64,000 bases of DNA, from contig OZ024746.1 in the NCBI GenBank assembly GCA_964016885.1, forward strand, positions 14,570,001 to 14,634,000, in the 5' to 3' direction. Below the pieces are notes generated by a model. It was not told the DNA's origin. It did no database searches and saw only the letters and a program-made list of their open reading frames with translations. The first letter of the stretch is position 1; every line of letters begins with the position of its first letter. This DNA comes from Eledone cirrhosa (Eukaryota). This document shows, piece after piece, positions 41,918-56,927 of the stretch. The position numbers and the translations under genes were made by a program.

Positions 41918-42179
41918 CGTTTGTATTATGAATGTCGTTATCGAACTGTATATATGTGTTTGAGTGTTTGAGTATGTGGATATATGATTTGTTTGACTGA
42001 ATGAAATATAGTTGAAAGTAACTCATTTATGGATGCATTCATTTTTTTTAATGCAAAGTTAGTTTATAGCAATTTTTAATAAATCAAATATCCTAGAAAT
42101 CGGCTCGCTTTATGTGATGTTGATTTATTTCATTCTTTGAACTGTTGTACTATATTATTTGTTTGTATTGCATTTTTAG

Positions 42180-42900
42180 TTGCTATTACTATGGTTTATT
42201 GAAATATGTTGTTGGTAGTGTCGTTGGAATCGTATATACTTGGACGACTGATGGAAATATATATCCATGAGAACCTCATTCTCATACATGCCGTATATAA
42301 TGTAAGGTATAGAACTCATTTCATTTGTGGTTTTATCAAATCTGGGATTACCAAGAAACACCTGACGGCTATTCAAAACACAATTGATAGCTTTTCCCTC
42401 TTCAGAAATGTGATAACTATATTATACTGTAGAAGTGCGGAGCACTCTAGGTAAACACATGTTGTGACTATTTAACAGTATACCCTAGGTCTGTCAAATG
42501 TGCTCCATTTAGCTGCTTCGGCAAGTTTTGTCGCTTCCGCGTTTGTGAGAAAGTTTGATGAACTAGGTAATGTTCCAATCGAGCTTGAACGTAAAGAGGT
42601 GATTTTTTGCGTAAGACTGGTATGAAATTATATGAGGTGATATTAGAAGTAAATATAACCTCAATAAGTCGGTCTCGTTGATCGATGACGAAACAAATAT
42701 ACAATACTCAACATTTGTTGCAGGTTTCGATGACTCTAATGAATGTCTATGGGTTTTGTTCTCTTCGGAAGGATAGTATAAATTACAATAGAATCAACTG
42801 TTAAGGGTCTGTGCTGGTGTGACGATTATATTCTTTTAAAAATCTAATGTTTTGTTATATTATAGTCATCATTCCTTGACCCAGGACAAACTTCACCAGA
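42180..42900 (-). pseudogene. Possible highly decayed PLE linker/GIY-YIG remnant
   Basis: RKRQNLPKQLNGAH and IIYGM..IYFHQS..RFQRH loosely resemble PLE RQxxNLKxxL and IY..YIGQT..RFxEH. Weak. Confidence 0.25.
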
Positions 42901-44379
42901 TTTAGAAAGCCTGCTCTTTCGTCTTTGTTTTTTCGATTTTGTTTTTGTTTTGTTTTTGTAGAACGAACAGGTATTGGTGATAAACTAGATATAAGGCTCA
43001 GTAGAGATGAGGCATTTCAGTTTTATATCGTACATTATTTAAATAGTAATTTTAAAACTTAACCTTTAAAATTAGGTTGCACCGAACTAAACATAGTTCA
43101 TTCTCGAGATTTAACGCCAGATTTAGAAAAGGCATAGAAGGTTGTTCAAAAACTACAGGATGTAACAAAAATATCGAACCATTCAACATTTTAGTCAAAA
43201 ATAGGTATAGGTAGGGATGCTTCTAAAAATTATATTGCGCGAGAAATATTTCATTAGAATAAACCATTTCCCTAACACTGTATTTACGCTCAGGTTTTGA
43301 TGAAAAAGGACACACTTTGGCCTATCTAGATATATCTACCATAACATATGTTTTTAATATTTCGTGATAAATGCAAATATAACCTATAAATGTATAATCT
43401 TATCTCAAGGAAATTCATCGTATTTTCCATAAATTATTTACGTATTTTATTGCTTTTTTTTGATATAATTGAAAATGGTGATTACTCAAAATATATTATC
43501 TCTTATAGATACGCTTTGCATACAATAATGTGACAATATCGATATATTACATGGACAGCACACACACATAAACTCATATATACATATATGTGTATGTATG
43601 TGTTTAAATATATATATATATATATTATTTCTTACAAATTTATATTAGTAAGTCTGTGATATTACCTTTAATCTTATCTTCAGAAATTATGGCCTTCAAT
43701 TTCCTCCACATTTACAGGAAATGAATGTCTGCAACATATTTAGATGTGCCGGGAGGCTAATACGAAAGACTGAATTGCCTTTTGAAACGCAAAAATAGAA
43801 CTGAACCTCAGGGATGTATATCAAAAGCATATGTGCTGATCATCAAAACTAAACCTGAAATCTTACAAATAGAATAACACAAATGCACACACACGCATCT
43901 ATATATATATATATATATACACACACATTCGTCAGAACATGGTTTACATAGTTATGTATGTGTGTATGTACGTTTCTGAGAATATGATGTAACTGCTTAA
44001 ATATAGTACTGAAAGAATATAAATAATGAATGCGAGTATGGTCTTTAACAAGAAGTCCTTGTTCTTTGTTCAAGGGTCAACGTTTTGGGAAAAGATTATT
44101 ATCGCAAATGAAAATGTCGCACTCAATAGCAGTAGATCTGATGCGTTTATTATTTGAAAACAGAATTTAACAGATGGTTACGACTGGTTTATTGAAAAGT
44201 AGCAGAAATGTGCACAATGAAAAAGTTCATAGAGCGAAATGTTTACAGAACATAGAAGTTTATAAAATATGGTTTTCAGACATCTTTAGTTGAAATGTCC
44301 TTTTTTTCTATATCTTTCGTATCAACAGTTGTTTCTGTTTGTATCTGTGTTGTAGAAAGTATATAACAGTAAGAGTGGA

Positions 44380-44481
<102 letters not shown>

Positions 44482-44881
44482 GCTAAGAAAGGAAGAAAGA
44501 AAGAGGGAGAAATTGGAACGTGTTAACTTACCTCTCACCCTAATGACCATGCAATGCAGAGCGAGTTGACTTGCGAGTGAATCCTTTATAGACGACGAAG
44601 TTTTCTCGCAAATTCTTTAATTGGCGCGAAATTTGTTTAATTTGAGAACTAAACTGTTGAAGACATGAAGTAGATAATATGGTGATACTACGAATTTACT
44701 ACAAATATATTAAAACGGTGAGATCAAACAAATGTTCTTTTGTTTCGTGCGAAATTGAGAAATGTTGCAAATCTGTGAGTATTAAGCCATTTTGTGGGTA
44801 CCACTAAAACAATTCCAGGCACACTGCGTCTTTACCTGAACCGAAACCTAACTATTTTATCGACTTATTATTATTTGTATA

Positions 44882-45020
44882 CATCTCCCGCCAAGGTTAA
44901 CTTTGCCTTTCCTCCTTACGTGGTCGATAAAATAAAGTACCAGTCACGCACTGGAGTCGATCTAATCGACTTTCCCCTCCTCCAAAATTGCAGGCCTTGT
45001 GCCTATATAAGAAACCATTA
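44882..45020 (+). mobile_element. SINE family A 3' half (older copies at ~45790-46005, ~48220-48350 and ~48900-49025 on -)
   Basis: gttaactttgcctttcctccttacgtggtcgataaaataaagtaccagtcacgcactgg. Confidence 0.8.
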
Positions 45021-47202
45021 TTTGCATAGATCAGCTGGCGCATGATAGTCCACATGTCAGTTTGCTAGATGAGTAATCCACCGAAAAGATTAATTATAAT
45101 TACTTTAATGGACACAACTGCATATTTAAAGGACTCAACAAGTAGTAGCTGACTACCGAAATGAATACAGGGGTTTCCGTGTTCATTATTATACCTAAAA
45201 CTTGATGGTTACCTACTTGTGTACATGTTTTGGACATGTAGAAGGTTTAGACGCGGTAAAGTAAGTAAGCATTCCTTCCTTTGTCATGGATTCCGCTCTT
45301 CGGAAAACCCAACAACTGCTACTCCTCAAAGCTCCAGAAGTACATGACATATTTGAACAGACAATCTGTGATATTAACAAACATCTATTAATCGCCAAAA
45401 CCTAAGATATACCCCAAACCTAATAATCTCTTTCTACCAATCAATGCTCTTTTGTATGTTGACGTCACGTTTTAAATCAGAAATTGCTCTGTAGTGGATA
45501 TACAGAGATGGAGCCTATTTCTACTGATCCTGACTTTCTTTTGAACGAAGTCAAAAAATCCAATATTCAAATGCTCCAACATTACACCATTTCACTCATA
45601 TATAACATTGTTATTTAAGTAACTAAAATGCGCAAGTTAGATATTCTCTCCTGATAATTAATATAATGTACGCAGGTGTATTAGCTCTTGCTTTTGTTAG
45701 CAGCGGTTGTTGTCATTGTTATTGATGATGTTGAACACGCTGATGATTGATAGACATACCTGAATATCATGATGATATTATGTGTTGCATAAGCAGAATT
45801 GATACAGTGTCGGATAAAATGCCACTTGCGTTATTTCTTCTGGTTCTTTACATTCTGAGTTAAAGCCCCATCGTGTTCAACTTGGCCTTTTATTCCTTCC
45901 ATTCTTCCGTGGTTAATAAAATAAAGTACCAGTCAAATATTGAGGGTTGATTTAATCAACATTGCCTTTCCCCCAACTTTGCTGACCTTGTACTTAAATT
46001 AGAAATCAAAATCAAGATGATTGGGGTAGGGGGAAAGTTTTAACACTGGGAAACTTCATTAAACACAATATTGGTGACCTTTTTACACTGACACAATATC
46101 TACATCATCTTGTATACATTTTGACAATGCTACATATAATCGCCCATGCGCAAATAGATCAGTTGGGAAGGTCATATATATTTTAATAAATTATTTACAA
46201 TGAGATTCATTGAATTATATTGCAGAATCCTGTCAAACTGGAAACTGCAAGAATGTAAGAGTAAATAGTAAGTGGAATCAAGTCTCAGTTTAGCTCTTGG
46301 CACAGTTACATATTTTATATAATGTTAACAAAATTATCTTCAATAATGAGTTCATATAAATGGGTTATTGGAATTCTTGTACAAAACACATTAACTCTAT
46401 TTAAATTTCTATTGAAAGGCACGATAACTATTTAAATTTCATAAAAGCCTTACAATATATATTTTTCTCATTTTATTTCGTTCATGCAGCAATTCACGAA
46501 TTGTCGTCTTTTCGTTTTTTACATTTTTATTTTCTTCTCTGTGTTTATTTTCGTAGATAACATTTTTGTCTGTCCTTTTCTGTCCATTTTTGTCTGTCCT
46601 TTTCTGTTCCTTTCCAGTGGGTCTTCTTTGTCTATTATATATTTGGTTTTGGATAGGGACTAAATTGTTTTTAAATTGTTAATTAGATCAGTTAACAGTG
46701 TATTGTTGTTTAAAATTTAAATTGGTTTTCCTATCTGATCTGATAAGGATGCGAGTACAGTAAGAATAAAAAGTTATCTTCAGAGAAAATAAAAGGACTA
46801 AGGGAATACCTGAATACGTTTATAATATATTGATAAAAATAAGAAAAGAAAAGAAATGGGGAAGGGTCAAGCTCTACCCCATTGGATGGATCGTGTATCT
46901 CAGCTGTGTCTCACAGACAACATGTCAAAAGCGTTGATTCAGAGAACAGCGAGTGATACTCGCTAGATCAGCCATTCTACCTCACTGAGATCCTTACCTA
47001 TGGCAGGATGCCCTCGTCCCGATCTGATGGAAGAAAACGACTTAACAATAGAGATCTATGAAATAAGTAGCAATCTATAAAATAAGTACCGAGGTCGATA
47101 TGATCGTCTAAAACTCTGGAAAGCGATGACCCAGCCTGACCACATGCCACCAATCAAAGAATAAAAGAATAAAACAACCGAATATTAATAATATCATTAT
47201 AA

Positions 47203-47253
<51 letters not shown>

Positions 47254-49467
47254 CTCCTGAATACATTTGGGTATCCACCACGTTGGAGCGAAAACAATTT
47301 TGTTTTTAGTATATAAAACAATTTATTTCGTATATAAAACAATAAATTTTGTGAACTAGGCATTAAATCTTTTTTTAAATCATGTTTTATACGTTATAGT
47401 TACGAAAAAATGAGTTTCTAAATACACCTGAAATTTATAGGCAACTTAAGTTTCTTTTTTCATTTTCTCGTTCGTCTTCAAGGACGATAGAAATGTATTA
47501 CATTTAGACAAGAATCAACGACAGCGAAGGAAGAGCAAAAAAATATCCCCAAGTTAAAACGTCTGTTTTCCATGGGAAACACTGTAAACTATTTCAGTCA
47601 ATTAATAATCCGATACATGGGAGTAATTTCTTTGTTAAACATATTTACTTCAAATCAATAAAATTATTATTTTCGGAAGCTTTATTTATTTCACACTATA
47701 CGCATCTTCTATTTTACATTTTTCCCAATGATCTATATCATGTGCTAACAATCATTTTTACTACTTTTACATTCAGGTTATTTGGATTTTGTTTTTTTAG
47801 CGTCTGTTAAGAGGAAGATTATTTGATGACAAATCTCATTAACCATGCCATCAGAAAATGTAGTTTTTATGATCAAGCACTCGAAATATTATTGATTCAT
47901 ACAATGCAAATCTAAGTTACTACCTTTGATTTATGTATTAATATAGATCATAAAACAATACGCAATTCTCTTGCCACTACTAAACAATTGTCTCTGTCAA
48001 AGAAAACTGCAATAATATCAAAATTGTTTGTTTGTTTGTTGTTATTTCTCATGATAGTAAAATAAGCTCAAGTCTAAAGAACATTTACAAACAAAATAAA
48101 AAAACTTTTATACAACATAGTTTGCAAATTAACACGAATCCCAAAGAAATATGTTTATCGTAAACATTTATGCAGAGATCCTCTAAAAATTATATATTTT
48201 GAATTTCACACAGTAATAATTATTGGCAGAGTTGTTATCAAGTCAAATAGAATACTTCTTTTCTTTTATATTTGTTTCAATTCTCTGTACTCTGAGTTCA
48301 AATCACGTTGAGATCATGCCTTCAAAGTTGATAAATAAAATATCAGTCCAGTACTTCACTCTCTTTTTCACTGGAAGTAATCGGTTTCACTTAGACTCTA
48401 CAATGTCTAAAATGACCAAGACAAGTCGTGCATCAAAACGGTGCCCCTACGATACCATTGGGAGTTCGGAACCCTTGGAATTGATTGCCACTCAAATTGT
48501 TTAAATTAAACAAGAATATGCAATTTTGCTTCTAAAAATGCATATACATATTTTGTTGGGAACATAAGATTTATGTGGAAAATACTGTCTTGCCCTTAGG
48601 AAACATAGTTTGGTTTGAATATAAATCTACGTATGATATTAATAGTTACTTGATCGTGATAAAATGTATGGCTATGTAGTGAGAAGTTCCCTTCGCAACG
48701 ACATGGTTTCATGTTCAATCAGTACATAGGGTATGTGTTTTCTACAGTAGTCTCGGTTTACTTGCGAGTAAAATTTAATAGACAGAAGAAAGTAGAATTC
48801 GGTCGTAGGTTATATTCCCCTTCTTGGGCGATAAATGTAATCTGTCGCCTGGACTAGCAGCCCTCATCTAGATCTTGAGTGTCTTTAATGTACTTTAAGT
48901 ACTTTAAGTACTTTATTTTTATCAACCTCAGAAGTATGAAAAGCAAATTTGACCTCTGCGGGATTCGAACGCAGCACTAAATGCCACGACAGTATTTTGT
49001 CCGATGCTTTAATGAATCTGCTCTAATGTAAACTGATAAAATTAAAATTCTATCGTCTTTATATATATTTCATGAATTTTGGCAATACCCAATTTTCTGT
49101 ATATAAAATGTAACATGGCGTGTTGACAAAATAAAGATCTGCTATTTACAGGAATTCGTTATTTTTAATCTTATTCGCCGAAGATACGTTTCTTAATTAT
49201 TTTTTTTTATATTTACAGGAAATTATCATTTTGATATAAAAATATATTAGCCAATTTTTATCAATGACAATTTTCTTTTTGTACTCATTTATATTTAATA
49301 TATTTTCAGAAAACCCTGAGGTTTTGCAGCTTAATCGGTGTGTTTAGAATTTGTATATGAAAATACCGTTTGCAATTTGGTACCGGCATTCTATATTTAT
49401 CTAGAATAGGACAGAATTGATCTAATATAAAAATCTATCTTATGTCATTTTACCGTTCAGCGTATAA

Positions 49468-49500
<33 letters not shown>

Positions 49501-50143
49501 TACACATATAAATATATATTTATTTATTTCACTCCATTTCAATCTCCATCTTACTTTATCTCTTTTTATACAAAGTTAATATTTCTAATTCCACGGTAAA
49601 TTGTGTGTAAATCTAGAATTTCGACACATCACAAACAGGAAAAGCGTTATCAGAGCCTCGCATTTTATTCCAAATATACGTTGGTGTTTTTCTGTGCGAT
49701 ATTGACAAAACAAGTTACAATTTTATATATTGCAAATGTAATTTGGAAACAGCATTTTCTGTTTGGAAACCAATGTTCAATAACACCATCTCTAATTGAT
49801 TTAGATCAAATCAAATATATTTATTACTTTTCCAAAATAAGATCAACAAATATTGAAAACACTTATTAGGCCGTTTACATTATTTCTTGGATAGCTCCTT
49901 CCATCAATAATCAGAAATATTAAAAGTGATAACGACGCTTAGCTATCAATTGAAGAAAGCAAAATCTCACTACGCAAATTTGACAAACGTGACATTGTGA
50001 ACTAGGAGATTTTAGTTTGTTTCGAGGAAACAATTGATTTAGACCATCTAGTATGGAATATTATTACAAAGGAGGTATTTTTCCTGGTATTTTGTTACAA
50101 TGTAAAATGTACAGCAAAGGGTTACAACCTGTCCACTATGATT

Positions 50144-50218
<75 letters not shown>

Positions 50219-51336
50219 GGTAGAGAGTGGTCATTTGTCAGTGAAAAGAAATTAGGGGAAGATCTAGCCAATCAGTTAAAGGTGTGTGCACCCTCGAAAG
50301 GTGCATTATATATTTTAAATGTTGCATCTTTCTGTAAATTATATAGAATTAACAATTATTTTCCCATAAGCTAATATGTTCCCTCCCTCGAAGCTATATT
50401 GTACATCATATTCTTTGATAGAAAATGAAATTATCTGCAAATAAAATAAAAATAGGACGAACATATCTGCTCACAAAACCGATAGCTAACAGCCATTGCA
50501 AAATTTAGCCTTCTTGGATATTATGTTTTTACTTCAGATAAGACTCCAAGTAAATTTAAGTATCTTAAAATAAAAAGTAACTTTTTTTTTCTTTTCTTTT
50601 TTTTTTTTGTCAAGACTTTGTAACAGACAAAATTCTTTGCTGATGAAATTAGTGTCAAATAATTATATTTATCTCTACAACATGTTGCAAACAAGAATTT
50701 GTTTCGAGTCAAATTTGTTTCTTATATATTTAATTAACAGAATTAGCTGATGAAGAAATTTAGTTTCGTTTACCACTAAGAGAAGTCTGAATTAAATTGG
50801 TTGAAGTAGAGAATTGTTATATAAAATAAAATCTGTGAAAAGTGGAGTATTGATTTAAATTCCCTGCCATTTACTAGGTTGTTTATAGCAGAATCATTCG
50901 TATTGATTGAATGCCAGATTTGATAAGGAAATTTTGAATTTAGCAATTCAATCGATATACTTCAAAATATGGTAGCTGCTACATTGCTTTCCAGAAAGTG
51001 TTGGGAAATGTTTTTAATTCAAACATTCGAAAAATGACTTTAAGTTCGTAAACATAGTAAAGAGTTCGTGTCTGGCAATAGATAATATAGATCATTCCAA
51101 TGGTAATAAGTATTGCTCTACCTCTCATTTTTTTCTGTGTGTGTGTGGGGGGGGGGGTTTCTTTGTATGTGTACATAAATACAAACATACATATATACAT
51201 CAGTATCTATGTATGTGTGCGTATGTTCGTGTTTGCGTACATATATATATAGAGAGAGGGGGAAGATGAGAGAGCGGCCAAGACGGAAAAACAGACCGAC
51301 AGACAGACAGGCAGATAGATAGATAGACAAACAAAC

Positions 51337-51427
<91 letters not shown>

Positions 51428-51428
<1 letters not shown>

Positions 51429-52293
51429 TTCTTTATTAGCCACAAGGGCGCAACAAGAAAGGGGACAATACAAAGACATGCCGGGGATTTTACATACAGT
51501 CGTGTAAAAAATATAAAAACAAACAATTTCAACAATCGAAATCCCCAATAGGGGGGAGGCGCCACAAATGGGTTGTTTAATACCCCGTCGATAGAACAAC
51601 CCTCAACTCAAGGAGCGTGTTGTGCAAGTGCTCCTTTCTTCCTTTTGCTCTCTTCCTCAACCTACAGGCTTATAAACAGAGAAGGCCCAATCACTCGGGC
51701 CATTTTCGCTTCATTCACCCACCTTTCAGTAAATTTACTGGGGCGCAGTGCCTCTCTCTCCACCCTGATTCTCCTTCTAAAGTGATACTTAAAGAAGGGA
51801 ATCAATTGTTGTCCGGAGAGAAAGGCATCTGTCCTCAGTCCTCTCAACCTCGTCCACCATATAACTTCTTTCACCATAGCCACCGTACAGAGGAAAACCG
51901 CCTCTCTTTCGTTTTTGAAAGAGTCTGGCGGTTTGATCCTTACTATGGACTCGGCAGTCAACTGTATTTGTCCCATACGCGTCAGCAGTTGTTCTGCATA
52001 GTTCCACAGGTCGCTTACGCCCGGGCAGTGTACAATTGCGTGCAGAACTGTTTCAATGTCCTGCGCACATCTTGGACACGTCCTCTTGGAAGGATCCCTG
52101 CCAGGGCGTCCGTGCCTGTAGATCTTGTCACGAACCGGTAGAGCTCCTCGGTAGCACTGCCAGGCCAGGGACCTCTGGAAGTTGTCCATAGGTCCCGGGC
52201 GGAAAGTCCTACCAAACATACTGGTGAGCTCATCGTCTTCGACGCCCAGAGTCTCTGCGAGCACGTCGTCGCCCTTGTAACGTACAATCCCTC
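51428..52293 (-). mobile_element. 5'-truncated Tx1/L1-like LINE (zf-RVT C-terminus plus 3' UTR) inserted in (GATA)n
   Basis: W..YRGALPV..CPRC..ETVLHAIVHC...IWWTR zinc-binding region; aataaa before a (TATC)n tail; (GATA)n on both sides (51375-51427, 52295-52315). Confidence 0.85.
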
Positions 52294-53464
52294 TAGATAG
52301 ATAGATAGATAGATACAGAAAGCTCACAAAGAATTTGATGCTTTTCAAAAAGAATCAATCTCACTTCGTAAAACATACTTTTGTTTTGGGTAAGTATTCT
52401 TTGTCATATAAACATACTTCGATATTTGTTGTAAATTATCTACAGCAAAATCAATACCTAAGTAACCAAGAATGAAACTAATCATAGATTTATGATTATT
52501 CTAAGCAGAAAATGTGACCTGATAGGTGAGTATCATGGCTATTTTCACATAATGACCTAAAGTTTAACATTAGTGTTGATTACTTAAAATATTGCTTCTG
52601 ATTGCACCATAATCAATAGACTTATTGAGTGATCAATTTCTTCCAATTATTCCTCACTTATTCTCTATGAAGTAACTACTTTTCATTCTTTGGCGCTCCT
52701 ATTAAATTTTACCATCTCTTCAGATTTATATACATTTCCATAGCCATTTGTAATTATGTATAGTGCTTGTAAAAAAATTGTACATTAGAGTTCAGAAAAT
52801 TGTATGAAAAACACCCACAGATACATGGTCATATCTGTAAAAACCACATTCGTATTTATATCACAATTATGTATTTTATTTTATTTTTCGGACAAAAATA
52901 AGTAACATTTAGTTGATTAATCAATTAACACAATGATCTTAGCGAGATTTCAGAATTCTGCCCCAGTAATCTATGTACTGCTAAAACAACTTTGCTATAT
53001 AACTTAGATAAGACACATTTCTGCTGCTGCTTCTATGTAGTTAAATTTATATTAAGAGCTTGACACTTTCTTGGCACAAAAAAGTATTACATCAAAACAG
53101 ACGCATATTTGAAAATATGCATTTGTAAGTGTCAATATTTTGAAAATTATTATTCATATTTTCCCATGGTCAATCATAAAATGATTTTTTAAATCCTATT
53201 ATACATTATAATCTGTTTCTAACAATTATATAATTTCAAAATCTCTATGGCAACAGCAATTTAATGGAAATGCTTTTCACAGCAAACATTCATCTCGTTT
53301 TCCTTATAATATTGAATGAGAAAATAAAACCCTTTAAAATGATGTTGGAAACTGGAAGGAACAGGATAATGGGAAGTTTGGTACGAAAACTTCAGTATTT
53401 AAAAGATAAAAAGGTATAAACATGTATGTACGCGCACACACACACACACTGGCGCACGCGCAAT

Positions 53465-53469
53465 TATAT

Positions 53470-53503
<34 letters not shown>

Positions 53504-53641
53504 ATATATATATATATATAATATATATATATATATAATATATATATATATATAATATATATATATAATATATATATATATAATATATATATATATAATA
53601 TATATATATATAATATATATATATATAATATATATATATAT

Positions 53642-53717
<76 letters not shown>

Positions 53718-53735
53718 TATATATATAATATATAT

Positions 53736-53780
<45 letters not shown>

Positions 53781-53856
53781 TATATATAATATATATATAT
53801 AATATATATATATAATATATATATATAATATATATATATGTATATATATATATATA
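53465..53856. repeat. Interrupted (TA)n array
   Basis: Directly visible. Confidence 0.95.
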
Positions 53857-54074
53857 GAATAACAAGTTACCGTTATAGATAATCCAGTTAGAGGTTGTGA
53901 GTACTCTGCGTCTCGTGGATAGTTTTAACGTACGGCTTTGTTTGACTCAACAAGATGCTTCCATAGTTATGCAGCGAGTTCGCGGTATTTCCTATGCAGG
54001 TTAAACTTGGAGTAATAATAGTGAAAGAATGAAAAGTAACATGGTTGGCTGTACAATAAGGGGCTTTATTTCAA

Positions 54075-54288
54075 GTACTGACAATTGTTTCATTGATCAG
54101 GTGAGTCTAGAGGTCGCTAATCGCTTGAAGTTGCGTCACTCGATCTCCAATACATTATTTACCTCTGATTAATAAAGTACCAGTCACGCACTGGGGTCGA
54201 TTTAATCGACTTTTCCCTCCCCCCAAATTGCTGGCCTTGTGCCTATCGTAGAAATCATTATTTACCTCTGATTAACACATCAGAGTAC
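54075..54288 (-). ncRNA. Hammerhead-like ribozyme with ~80-nt stem II, split by a SINE insertion
   Basis: After removing the SINE and one TSD: GTACT-CTGATGT-gttaatcag...ctgatcaat-GAAAC-aatt-GTC-AGTAC. One core deviation (CUGAUGU). Confidence 0.65.
54173..54255 (+). mobile_element. 5'-truncated SINE family A with 20-bp TSD
   Basis: TSD cattatttacctctgattaa at 54153-54172 and 54256-54275. Confidence 0.9.
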
Positions 54289-54713
54289 GTAGATATAAAA
54301 ATAATTCACTCGAGGCAAGACATATATAGAGAAATAGCGTATAATCAAAACAATAACATCAATAATAAAATATATATGGTACATAGGTAGAGAAGTTACA
54401 GATGTAAAAGTAAAAAGAAAAAGATAAGATAGGATACATTAAAAAAGTAAGAAAATAAGAAAATGGAAAATATAAAGAAAGAAATAAGGATAATGAAAGC
54501 ATGTAAGTACAGAGTATGTTTGCGGTGGTGGTGAATAAGTGTTCTTATAAGGATTCTTTGGTGGGTTTAGTGCTAACATGAAAGACCAAATTCGAAATAT
54601 ACATAGATGCGTATATCTCTACACGTATCTATGTATATTTGAAATCAATGAAACAATTGTCAGTACTTGAAATAAAACCCCTTATTGTACAGCCAACCAT
54701 GTTACTCTTCATT

Positions 54714-54770
<57 letters not shown>

Positions 54771-56301
54771 GAAGCATTTCAGTGATGAAAAAGGTGTTAA
54801 TGTTCACAGAGAAGAAATCAATGAACACTATGGAAGTACACAATCGCGCGCACTCGCACATGCACAACATTTACAGAGAGAGAGAGGGGGGCACGCATAT
54901 ACGAAGACAATTGTCTTCCACTACGACAAGTGAAAAGTAAAAGTAGGCAGCTTCATATATTTCAACATTCCAAAAGTGACTGTTAGGTTTATAGTTTCTG
55001 TCATCATTCTACTATTGTTTACGTAAATAAGACTAATAACTATGGAAGGAATTCGAAAAGAATAATCGATGATATACAAAACATTTATATTATTTGGAAA
55101 ACAATTGACTAATAAACTATGAGACGAAATCTAAAATATAATCTATTATACAGAAAGCATTTATATAATTCGCAAGACAATTGAACGATATCGCAGACGA
55201 AATCTATTATAGATACAACGTATTATTCATATCATTCGGAAGATATTTCACTGAAAAATAATATCATTATTCCCATTTTCAATCTACTTTCATATATAAT
55301 GGTTATTATGTTATAATTTTTTATATAAATCTGTATATTGAAATTAAAATTAAAATTAGATGTGACAGTCTGGAGTCATAAAAAATTCAGCTAGAAATTA
55401 TTGAAAGCTGAATGACGAGAATGTGTTTGCGCCTGCGTATAAACTGTTGTCCGGTTTGGAGTCCGTTTTCATTGAGGTTTAGTATATTATTTTACATTTG
55501 TTATGAGAAGTCCCTACAATGATTTATTTATATAAATATATAGCGTAGATACAATTTAAAATATCTCAAAACCATTTAGAAACTGCTTTATGATATACGA
55601 TGATCAGTGTTTATGAACTTACAACAAAGGTATTTGGAGAAATTGAAAACATTTGCTTATTATGCACGTTCCTTACAGCTTTTCAATTTGATCGCTAACT
55701 TTATCAGCTTCATCGGGGAACTTTACAATCAAATGCTGGACACCTCATTTAGTAAAATCATGAGAGTAATTTGTGTGACAAAAGATTGGAAGGCGATGTC
55801 TTGCTGTAGAGTTAATTGGAAAATTGGAAAATTCAATTGCATTTGTAAATAATGTTATATAAAGGTTTAGTATCCACTTCTGAAGAACGAAATTTATATG
55901 TGATTAAAGTCTATTTCTGAAGTAGAAAACGAAGAAAAACTAGAGAATTAAGCTTTCAATTCACTCTTGTTTAGTATTTGATGAAAAGAATGTAATTTCT
56001 CATGATAAATTGGAAATGGCTGAAGTTGTAATCAATAGGTTAATTGAAGTGAATTTTATTAGATAGTTAATGGACTTTATTAGAGAGTCAATGAAGAGAG
56101 ATCTAGTCTGAACTTCTGATTTGATCTAAACAGACGACAAAAAACCTGAAATCTACTAATTCTATAATGGCGGGAGATTCCTATTTATGTCGTTACCGTT
56201 CCGCTTAATTTCTTACACGTCAACGGCTGCAGGAAAAGAAACATGTGTAGTACAAAGATTTCAGAGTACCAACGATTTGGAAAGTAAGATATCTGTGTTG
56301 T

Positions 56302-56332
<31 letters not shown>

Positions 56333-56354
56333 GAGGAGGAGGAGGAGGAGGAGT

Positions 56355-56927
56355 AATATTTGTTTCTACTATTGGCACAAGGCCAGCAATTATCCCAGTA
56401 CATTACTGGAACTTTATATTATCGACCCCGTAAGGATGAAAGGCAAAATTAACCTCGACGGGATTTGAACTCAGACCGTAAAGGGACGTAACTATGCTGG
56501 AAAGCATGGCGTCCAACCCTCTACCGTAATAATTGTTTCTACGTTTGGCACAAGGCCAGCAAATACCCAGTGCATTACTGGTACTTTATTTTATCGACCC
56601 CGTAAGGATGAAAGGCAAAGTTAACCTCGGCGAGATTTGAATTCAGGATGGCAAGAGTCGTAACTCTATGCGTCAAAGCATGGCGTCCGATCCTCTACCG
56701 ATACTGTCAATCCACTGTAATAATTGTTTCTACTTTAGGCACAAGGCCAGCAATTACCCAGTGCATTACTGGTACTTTATTTTATCGACCCCCGTAAGGA
56801 TGAAAGGCAAAGTCAACCTCGGCGGGATTTGAACTCAGATCGTAAAGGGACGTAACTATGCTGGAAAGCATGTCGTCCAACCCTCTACCGATACTGCCAA
56901 TCCTACCGATACTGTCAATCCACTGTA
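56355..56927 (-). mobile_element. Three head-to-tail SINE family A copies
   Basis: Units ~56355-56527, 56528-56718 and 56719-56927, mutually diverged, next to (AGT)n(AGG)n. Confidence 0.92.

Larger units (their letters stand above)
53857..54717 (-). mobile_element. Fold-back long-stem-II hammerhead element, family 5, interrupted by a SINE
   Basis: 74-bp inverted arms 54024-54097/54644-54717 (2 mismatches); 167-nt tail 53857-54023; (TA)n on both sides. Confidence 0.8.
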
